DNA of 6,146 nucleotides from a virus (Duplodnaviria; Heunggongvirae; Uroviricota; Caudoviricetes): IMG/VR virus record IMGVR_UViG_2706794681_000014; one strand, 5' to 3'. Shown piece by piece: positions 1 to 5,273 of this stretch (position 1 is its first letter; each line of letters starts with the position of its first letter). The notes under the pieces were generated by a model. It saw only the letters and a program-made list of their open reading frames with translations, ran no database searches and was not told where the DNA came from. The position numbers and the translations under genes were made by a program.

Positions 1-51
1 GGGGAATATCTCCCCGGCAGCCTTCAGGGAAAAATATCATCAGATGGCTGC

Positions 52-225
52 TTAAAAAAAGAACAAATGGTAGTGTCCGCTATTGCCAGTACACCTCAGG
101 GTATAAGGGGTTATGGCCACCGGACTACCAAACGGCTGCCAGCCCTCTTTCAGTTTATGTGTCAGCTTTTCCGCAAGATCTGACGGCGGCGCCGCCCTGA
201 CAACATCATAGTGTTTAAATGCCAT
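52..225 (-). CDS. small phage protein, DUF1737-like (conserved small gene preceding the lysis cassette in lambdoid phages)
   Basis: Minus ORF MAFKHYDVVRAAPPSDLAEKLTHKLKEGWQPFGSPVAITPYT...; the HYDVV and KLKEGWQP motifs match my recollection of DUF1737. Stop TAA at 52-54. Start taken at ATG 223-225 (GGTGGAAAG upstream); an alternative ATG at 238-240 lacks an SD. The C-terminal tail is encoded partly by an A/T homopolymer and is uncertain. Confidence 0.5.
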   Translation of the reverse strand: MAFKHYDVVRAAPPSDLAEKLTHKLKEGWQPFGSPVAITPYTLRCTGNSGHYHLFFF

Positions 226-485
226 GGTTCTTTCCACCATCTGAAAAATAATTCTTTAAAATACCTGACATGTAATACAGAAAAAACACAAAACCATACC
301 TTAAATAAAAACCTGATTATCAAGCAGATATGCATGGATAAACTACAAGACGAGATATAAACCACCCTGCATTTAAATAAACAATAAACAACATCAGAAA
401 AATAATTCTGCTCTATGGTTTACATTCAAAAATATCATTTATACTTTTCAGAACATCACCAGCAAGGCATAAACAAGGAAACTAA

Positions 486-821
486 ATGAAGTGGATTGTG
501 ATTGATACAGTTATCCAGCCATCATGCGGAATATCTTTTTCAGTCATATGGAGTAAAATAAAATTAATAATCTGGTATCAATCGGATGCTTTCTTACCTC
601 CTGAAAGTATATTTACACTGACTCACACAGGCATCATGCTCAATAACAAAGTGCTACCTGTAACCATTTACAACGTAGTACCATTCAATAAAACATTCTG
701 GAATTCAATCAAAAATAGCCAGGAATGCCCTACAAATACAGATAACGTATTGAATGAATGCTTTAATAACCGTTGCACTCTGCAAATATGTCCTTATGGA
801 CTAAAACAACAAAGTCCATAA
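486..821 (+). CDS. hypothetical protein, AT-rich cargo ORF (111 aa, Cys/Trp-containing, no recognisable family)
   Basis: ATG at 486 preceded by AAGGAA (475-480) at 6-nt spacing; TAA stop at 819-821. Lies in very AT-rich DNA downstream of an AT-rich promoter-like tract (241-485). Opposite in orientation to the phage late operon. No homolog recognised by eye. Confidence 0.3.
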   Translation: MKWIVIDTVIQPSCGISFSVIWSKIKLIIWYQSDAFLPPESIFTLTHTGIMLNNKVLPVTIYNVVPFNKTFWNSIKNSQECPTNTDNVLNECFNNRCTLQICPYGLKQQSP

Positions 822-840
822 GGAGTTTACTCACATCTGA

Positions 841-877
841 CAAAATCAATATAAACAGCCCCTCCGGAGAGGGGCTG
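841..877 (-). terminator. putative intrinsic terminator (minus strand)
   Basis: Perfect 9-bp stem CAGCCCCTC / GAGGGGCTG (856-864 and 869-877) with a 4-nt loop; on the minus strand it is followed by TTTATATTGATTTTG. No T-tract follows it on the plus strand. Confidence 0.4.
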
Positions 878-1268
878 GAGAGTGGCGCTATGTGCCATTG
901 CATGGTGCCGGGTGCCTCCCGGTGAATTCAGTACCAGCACCTGAATCCGCGATTATCCCATATACCTACTCGCTGATTGCCCCTCCGCACAGGGGGATTC
1001 ACCATGCCAGTTTCTTTTAACAAACTCCCCGCAAACCAGACAACAGTCAACCGCCTGAATTGTGAAGTATTTAAAAATTTCTCCCGCTAACTGATACCCG
1101 GCTAACAGTCTGGCGTTTTCTTTTTCAGCAACGGGAAAGCAACAACCACCACACCCGCCACCAGCACACCGTCAGCCAGCACTGACATTATCCGGCTGCT
1201 GCAATGCCATTCACAAAAACAGTAAGCAATCACTTTTTACCGTAACAGGTGATAATCCAGATATGTAT

Positions 1269-1622
1269 CTACCCCAGATGAGTAATCCGAAGTTCATCCA
1301 TACCACAGGTCCTGGCTATTCTGTTGTACTCCTGAACAAGAGCAAATAATTCTGAATTAGCAACCATGAACTCATCGCAAACCCTCTGTATAGCATCACT
1401 ATTCAGAATAATAACGTCTCTTCCCGAAAGACGATCAGGAGTACAGAACAAAACTGTCAAACGGCTGAAGGCCTTTGCTCGTGCTGCATTGACTATATCA
1501 ATACGCTGCCTAAGGATGAAACACCCCGACGCCTCATCAATATTCACTCTACCCACACCATATGAATGATAAATATTTAATGCTGAAAAAACCATTAGAC
1601 CGTATAACAAACACTCAATCAA
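1269..1622 (-). CDS. hypothetical protein (117 aa maximal ORF; 108 aa from first ATG), AT-rich cargo ORF
   Basis: Open frame ending TAG at 1269-1271. The track start is TTG; the first ATG gives MVFSALNIYHSYGVGRVNIDEASG... No convincing SD before either start. AT-rich composition distinct from the phage backbone. Could be a gene fragment or pseudogene. Confidence 0.3.
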   Translation of the reverse strand: MIECLLYGLMVFSALNIYHSYGVGRVNIDEASGCFILRQRIDIVNAARAKAFSRLTVLFCTPDRLSGRDVIILNSDAIQRVCDEFMVANSELFALVQEYNRIARTCGMDELRITHLG

Positions 1623-2210
1623 TACTTAACAGAACTTTTATTTTTGACAAACATAAAATATTTTCAACAATATCCTGAGCCAGGNNNNNNNNNNNNNNNN
1701 NNNNNNNNNNNNNNNNNNNNNNNNNNNNNNNNNNNNNNNNNNNNNNNNNNNNNNNNNNNNNNNNNNNNNNNNNNNNNNNNNNNNNNNNNNNNNNNNNNNN
1801 NNNNNNNNNNNNNNNNNNNNNNNNNNNNNNNNNNNNNNNNNNNNNNNNNNNNNNNNNNNNNNNNNNNNNNNNNNNNNNNNNNNNNNNNNNNNNNNNNNNN
1901 NNNNNNNNNNNNNNNNNNNNNNNNNNNNNNNNNNNNNNNNNNATATAGCACCCTGACTGATACTGTAGTACCTAAGGTTCCAGAAACTGTGATGTATCCG
2001 GCNNNNNNNNNNNNNNNNNNNNNNNNNNNNNNNNNNNNNNNNNNNNNNNNNNNNNNNNNNNNNNNNNNNNNNNNNNNNNNNNNNNNNNNNNNNNNNNNNN
2101 NNNNNNNNNNNNNNNNNNNNNNNNNNNNNNNNNNNNNNNNNNNNNNNNNNNNNNNNNNNNNNNNNNNNNNNNNNNNNNNNNNNNNNNNNNNNNNNNNNNN
2201 NNNNNNNNNN

Positions 2211-2286
2211 NNNGCGCTGTACTGGATTCGAACCAGTGACCGATTGCTTAGAAGGCAATTGCTCTGTCCGGCTGAGCTAACAACGC
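2211..2286 (-). tRNA. tRNA-Arg (anticodon UCU, reads AGA/AGG)
   Basis: Reverse complement folds as GCGTTGT-TA-GCTC..GAGC-A-ATTGC-CTTCTAA-GCAAT-..-CACTGG-TTCGAAT-CCAGT-ACAGCGC. The 7-bp acceptor stem (one G-U pair), T-loop TTCGAAT and anticodon loop CTTCTAA are all visible. The discriminator and CCA fall in the N-masked block, so the 3' end is approximate. Confidence 0.85.
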
Positions 2287-2299
2287 ATGATGCAGATAA

Positions 2300-2376
2300 T
2301 GGACCGCCATCGGGGACTTGAACCCCGCGCAGCCAGCTTCGAAGGCTGGCGCTCTTTCCTGATGAGCTAATGGCGG
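2300..2376 (-). tRNA. tRNA-Arg (anticodon UCG, reads CGA)
   Basis: Reverse complement is a 77-nt cloverleaf: acceptor CCGCCAT / ATGGCGG, D-stem GCTC/GAGC, anticodon stem CCAGC/GCTGG with loop CTTCGAA, T-stem CGGGG/CCCCG with loop TTCAAGT, then discriminator T and CCA encoded. Confidence 0.85.
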
Positions 2377-2383
2377 TATGTGA

Positions 2384-2459
2384 TGGTGGCCCTTGCTGGA
2401 TTTGAACCAGCGACCTGGCGATTATGAGTCGCTCGCTCTCACCACTGAGCTAAAGGGCC
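2384..2459 (-). tRNA. tRNA-Ile2 type (anticodon CAU, lysidine-modified to read AUA; often auto-called tRNA-Met)
   Basis: Reverse complement GGCCCTTTAGCTCAGTGGTGAGAGCGAGCGACTCATAATCGCCAGGTCGCTGGTTCAAATCCAGCAAGGGCCACCA. It is near-identical in architecture to E. coli ileX/ileY as I recall them, with anticodon loop CTCATAA and an encoded CCA. Confidence 0.85.
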
Positions 2460-2499
2460 GGGAGCCGCATAATAACGACGCGTAATTAATTCTTCAATA

Positions 2500-3744
2500 T
2501 CATCCGTTCTGGCTGACTAAATCCTGTACTTCCCGAACCGTCTGCTCAAAACGTTCAGTCTCCAGCTCAACGCCAATTGCACGACGCCCGAGCGCCAGTG
2601 CCGCTTTCACTGTCGAACCCAACCCCATGAAAAAATCTGCAATCAGGTCACCCGGACGACTGCTAGCGCTGATTATCTGCTGCAGCATTTCTGCCGGTTT
2701 TTCGCACGGATGTTTCCCGGGATAGAACTGCACCGGTTTATGCGTCCACACATCGGTATACGGCACCTGCACCGTCACGCCAAAATACCGCCGCAGATGT
2801 TTATATTCACTCAGCAGCTCCGCATACTGCCGGTTCAGTGAGGTATACGTATCCACCAGCTGGTGGTGGAGCTTTTCCAGTTCACCACGCCGATGCTTCT
2901 CTTCTGCCACCCGGGCAAACAGCGCCTGTAATTTCAGATAATCGCTTTCATTCGGCAACTGCCACTGACCGGCACTGAACCAGTGCGACACCATGTTTTT
3001 CTTTCCTGTGGCATCTGCAATCTGTTTTGCCGTTATCCCCAGGGCAGCTCGCGCATCACGAAAGTAAGAAATCAGCGGGGCCATCACATGCTGTTTCAGT
3101 GCACTGCCCTTCGCCGCATACCCGGCATCTTTCGGACGATACGGCCCCTGATAATGTTCCGCGAACAGAATGCGCTCTGTGGCGGGGAAATACGCCCGCA
3201 GGCTTTCCTTGTTGCATCCGTTCCAGCGTCCGGACGGCTTCGCCCAGATAATATGGTTCAGCACACTGAAGCGTTCACGCATCATGATTTCGATATCAGA
3301 TGCCAGGCGATGACCACAGAACAGGTAAAGACTTCCGGCAGGTTTCAGCANNNNNNNNNNNNNNNNNNNNNNNNNNNNNNNNNNNNNNNNNNNNNNNNNN
3401 NNNNNNNNNNNNNNNNNNNNNNNNNNNNNNNNNNNNNNNNNNNNNNNNNNNNNNNNNNNNNNNNNNNNNNNNNNNNNNNNNNNNNNNNNNNNNNNNNNNN
3501 NNNNNNNNNNNNNNNNNNNNNNNNNNNNNNNNNNNNNNNNNNNNNNNNNNNNNNNNNNNNNNNNNNNNNNNNNNNNNNNNNNNNNNNNNNNNNNNNNNNT
3601 TCTGCTTTTGCGCAAAGCAGTGGGCCTGAGGTTTGCTTGTGAACCCAACGCATGAGCAGATGGCTGGTGGGTGCCCCTAACACCCACCAGCCGCCCATTT
3701 ACCACAAATAAAAAAGCCTTCACTGCGGAAGGCGTCTGTAACAA
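2500..3744 (-). CDS. DNA methyltransferase, beta-class N6-adenine/N4-cytosine (PF01555-like); no adjacent restriction enzyme visible
   Basis: The C-terminal 283 aa are unmasked and carry HPCEKP (HPTQKP-like) followed by DLIADFFMGLGST (AdoMet-binding motif I, DPFxGSGTT-like), plus LKPAGSLYLF typical of the segment after the DPPY motif. The expected DPPY catalytic motif lies in the masked block 3351-3599. Stop TGA at 2500-2502. The 5' boundary is unreliable: the ORF-track start is TTG at 3744, and the true start is probably in or near the mask. Confidence 0.8.
   Translation of the reverse strand: MLQTPSAVKAFLFVVNGRLVGVRGTHQPSAHALGSQANLRPTALRKSRXXXXXXXXXXXXXXXXXXXXXXXXXXXXXXXXXXXXXXXXXXXXXXXXXXXXXXXXXXXXXXXXXXXXXXXXXXXXXXXXXXXXLKPAGSLYLFCGHRLASDIEIMMRERFSVLNHIIWAKPSGRWNGCNKESLRAYFPATERILFAEHYQGPYRPKDAGYAAKGSALKQHVMAPLISYFRDARAALGITAKQIADATGKKNMVSHWFSAGQWQLPNESDYLKLQALFARVAEEKHRRGELEKLHHQLVDTYTSLNRQYAELLSEYKHLRRYFGVTVQVPYTDVWTHKPVQFYPGKHPCEKPAEMLQQIISASSRPGDLIADFFMGLGSTVKAALALGRRAIGVELETERFEQTVREVQDLVSQNG
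3662..3692. repeat. perfect inverted repeat carrying the Chi octamer (GCTGGTGG) in both orientations
   Basis: GCTGGTGGGTG (3663-3673), 7-nt loop CCCCTAA, CACCCACCAGC (3681-3691); extendable by one G-C pair (3662/3692). GCTGGTGG is present on the plus strand at 3663-3670 and on the minus strand at 3684-3691. Confidence 0.6.
3706..3733 (-). terminator. possible intrinsic terminator after the small wHTH ORF (minus strand)
   Basis: Stem GCCTTC / GAAGGC (3716-3721 and 3728-3733) with a 6-nt loop, followed on the minus strand by TTTTTTATTT. It overlaps the ORF's TGA stop. The stem is short (6 bp), so this is tentative. Confidence 0.35.
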
Positions 3745-3917
3745 CCGAACTGATAGTCTGCCAGACCCGCCATAACCAGCTGGGTCAGTATTAACTGGCA
3801 GCGTTCGCGTGAAAGGTAAGTATTCTGCGCTATCTCCCCGACTGTCGCCGGTTCGGTAACGCTTAATTCATTAAACACCACTCTGGCGGTTTCTGTCATA
3901 TCCTGCTGTTTTAGCAT
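3720..3917 (-). CDS. small hypothetical protein, winged-helix/HTH-like (65 aa)
   Basis: ATG at 3915-3917 preceded by AGGAAAAG with AGGA 6 nt upstream; stop TGA at 3720-3722. The sequence ...ATVGEIAQNTYLSRERCQLILTQLVMAGL... resembles a DNA-binding helix-turn-helix/winged-helix segment. It is the first ORF downstream of the pR'/tR' module. Confidence 0.5.
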   Translation of the reverse strand: MLKQQDMTETARVVFNELSVTEPATVGEIAQNTYLSRERCQLILTQLVMAGLADYQFGCYRRLPQ

Positions 3918-4035
3918 GTCTTTTCCTTTTCCGGTTAACGTGACACACCAATAACTCTTGTCGAAAAAGCCAGCAAGCTGAAAGACAGGTATTCACCGCC
4001 ACCAGCGCGTTTACTGTACTGACGCGATTTCAGTC

Positions 4036-4060
4036 ATAAAAAACCCGCTCGGCGGCGGGT
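4036..4060 (-). terminator. tR'-like intrinsic terminator downstream of the late promoter
   Basis: Minus-strand reading: ACCCGC-CGCCGA-GCGGGT (6-bp GC-rich stem, 6-nt loop) followed by TTTTTTAT. It lies about 45-65 nt downstream of the predicted pR' start. Confidence 0.6.
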
Positions 4061-4096
4061 TGTAGAAACTCTTCTAACGTCAGGCATAAAACGCCC

Positions 4097-4136
4097 ATCG
4101 TTATAACGAATTTACCACAGATTCCGGAAAAATCAA
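4097..4136 (-). promoter_or_regulatory. pR'-like late promoter with sigma70-dependent promoter-proximal pause element (Q engagement site)
   Basis: Minus strand: -35 TTGATT (4136-4131), 16-bp spacer, extended -10 TGG-TAAATT (4117-4109), then 6 nt (CGTTAT) and AACGAT-GGG (4102-4094). The TAAATT(6 nt)AACGAT-GGG arrangement matches lambda pR' and its pause-inducing element as I recall them. It sits immediately downstream of the Q ORF. Confidence 0.55.
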
Positions 4137-4161
4137 CCTTGTTACCTAGTTACCTTTTTTA
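4125..4161. repeat. direct repeat copy 1 (37 bp) abutting the 5' side of masked block 4162-4442
   Basis: CGGAAAAATCAACCT-TGTTACCT-AGTTACCTTTTTTA; equals copy 2 plus an 8-nt internal insertion/duplication (TGTTACCT). Contains the pR' -35 element. Confidence 0.7.
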
Positions 4162-5273
4162 NNNNNNNNNNNNNNNNNNNNNNNNNNNNNNNNNNNNNNN
4201 NNNNNNNNNNNNNNNNNNNNNNNNNNNNNNNNNNNNNNNNNNNNNNNNNNNNNNNNNNNNNNNNNNNNNNNNNNNNNNNNNNNNNNNNNNNNNNNNNNNN
4301 NNNNNNNNNNNNNNNNNNNNNNNNNNNNNNNNNNNNNNNNNNNNNNNNNNNNNNNNNNNNNNNNNNNNNNNNNNNNNNNNNNNNNNNNNNNNNNNNNNNN
4401 NNNNNNNNNNNNNNNNNNNNNNNNNNNNNNNNNNNNNNNNNNCGGAAAAATCAACCTAGTTACCTTTTTTAACTGCCGCTCAGCCCATGCTTCTTCAATA
4501 TCAAACCGAGTCACCAGCGCATCATAGAATTTCTTAACTGTTTTTTCCCATGACGCGCGTGTTATCTGGTTTGTCACCTCGCATATAGCATTAAATGCCT
4601 CCGTTGATGGTAGTCTTTCATAGCCACGACCACCACAACGCTGGCAGTCTCTGATAACAGGCATACCACGTTTTACCGACTCTTCACGATGAATGGCGAC
4701 ACCACGCCCACGGCAATCCTTACAGGCGGTGGAAACCTCACCCTTTCCGCCACACTCCGGACAGGCAACTTTTACCACCTCCCTGACTTTTTTCCATTCT
4801 TCCCAGTAAGACGGATACACACCTTTCGTACACTTTGCCCATACCGGCGGCTTACCATCCGGATACTGGACCTTGTTTGTAAAAACTACGCTTTCAATAA
4901 ATTTTTCCCCATAGCAACAAGGGCACTGCTTTTTACTCGCTGCGCTGCGGGCATAATCCTCAAAAGCGTACGAAGCCATAATGCGCATCACTACCGGTTT
5001 TATTTCTGCCGGAAGTTTTCTCAACGCCGCCACACGATCGCACCGACTGAGTGCATAATCTGCCAGTAATTCTGTTGCCCGCGCCCTGTCATTCATACTG
5101 ATGCCCATTTTCCCCAGGAACGCAGAAAACCCCATCTCAGCCCGATTCTGTGTCATGCCCTGCGCGGCCATCACATCAGTGATACTCAGCGCATCTTTTG
5201 ACGTTGAGGCCGATGCATCGGTCAGGCAAGGGGATTTTGGGGAGTAGTATTTCGGTAAATCTTCCAGTTTCAT
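4146..5273 (-). CDS. Q: late-gene antitermination protein Q (zinc-finger Q family); 3' end undetermined because of N-mask
   Basis: ATG at 5273 overlaps the rusA stop (ATGA), the canonical rusA-Q adjacency. 277 aa are visible (5273-4443), with two CxxCxGxG DnaJ-like zinc-finger motifs (CPECGGKG, CQRCGGRG) plus CKDCRGRG. The pR'-like promoter lies immediately downstream. The ORF runs into masked block 4162-4442; the stop at 4146 is only the track's nominal end and the true stop may be inside the mask. Confidence 0.65.
   Translation of the reverse strand: MKLEDLPKYYSPKSPCLTDASASTSKDALSITDVMAAQGMTQNRAEMGFSAFLGKMGISMNDRARATELLADYALSRCDRVAALRKLPAEIKPVVMRIMASYAFEDYARSAASKKQCPCCYGEKFIESVVFTNKVQYPDGKPPVWAKCTKGVYPSYWEEWKKVREVVKVACPECGGKGEVSTACKDCRGRGVAIHREESVKRGMPVIRDCQRCGGRGYERLPSTEAFNAICEVTNQITRASWEKTVKKFYDALVTRFDIEEAWAERQLKKVTRLIFPXXXXXXXXXXXXXXXXXXXXXXXXXXXXXXXXXXXXXXXXXXXXXXXXXXXXXXXXXXXXXXXXXXXXXXXXXXXXXXXXXXXXXXXXXXXXXXKKGN
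4443..4471. repeat. direct repeat copy 2 (29 bp) abutting the 3' side of masked block 4162-4442
   Basis: CGGAAAAATCAACCTAGTTACCTTTTTTA; identical to copy 1 apart from the 8-nt indel. On the minus strand it encodes the last visible Q residues (LKKVTRLIFP). Confidence 0.7.

Noticed and set aside
1-15. Hairpin GGGGA-ATATC-TCCCC at the window edge
   Set aside because: Short 5-bp stem truncated by the window boundary, with no adjacent U-tract in view; cannot be interpreted.
162-365. Minus ORF 162-365 (67 aa) overlapping the DUF1737-like gene
   Set aside because: Alternative frame over the DUF1737-like coding sequence and AT-rich intergenic DNA; hydrophobic/low-complexity; no RBS.
1366-1569. Plus ORF 1366-1569 antisense to the 117-aa cargo ORF
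   Set aside because: Fully nested antisense to a longer ORF, no SD; neither can be proven, but the longer minus ORF is the more parsimonious call.
241-1683. Shiga toxin genes (stxA/stxB) at the canonical position after the tRNA cluster
   Set aside because: Neither cargo ORF resembles StxA or StxB, and there is no pair of ORFs of about 960 and 270 bp. The locus is stx-negative as far as the unmasked sequence shows, though the masked 1684-2213 interval cannot be excluded as holding a fragment.
1638-2321. ORF-track entries 1638-2258(-), 1644-2321(+) and 1664-1951(-), which consist almost entirely of X residues
   Set aside because: Artefacts of translating through N-masked blocks, since N codons cannot produce stops. 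The unmasked parts overlap tRNA genes. No coding evidence.
2983-3698. Plus-strand ORFs 2983-3642, 3027-3251 and 3300-3629, and minus ORF 3345-3698, overlapping the methyltransferase region
   Set aside because: Antisense or alternative-frame shadow ORFs of a GC-rich coding region, lengthened artificially by the N-run; the methyltransferase frame carries the recognisable motifs.
3600-3744. N-terminal 48 codons of the methyltransferase ORF as predicted by the track (start at 3744)
   Set aside because: The track start is a TTG, the frame has no in-frame ATG, and it overlaps the wHTH ORF, a terminator-like hairpin and the Chi palindrome. This is probably an upstream non-coding extension, with the true start in or near the masked block.
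4139-4459. Plus-strand ORF 4139-4459 (106 aa, nearly all X)
   Set aside because: Spans the masked block; only a handful of real codons. Artefact.
4125-4471. Possibility that the two direct repeats are a CRISPR array
   Set aside because: Only two copies, about 281 bp apart (far longer than spacers), lying within Q/pR' sequence; no repeat-spacer periodicity.
4689-5069. Plus-strand ORF antisense to Q (126 aa)
   Set aside because: Shadow ORF within the Q coding region; no RBS, and the opposite strand has strong Q features and coupling to rusA.
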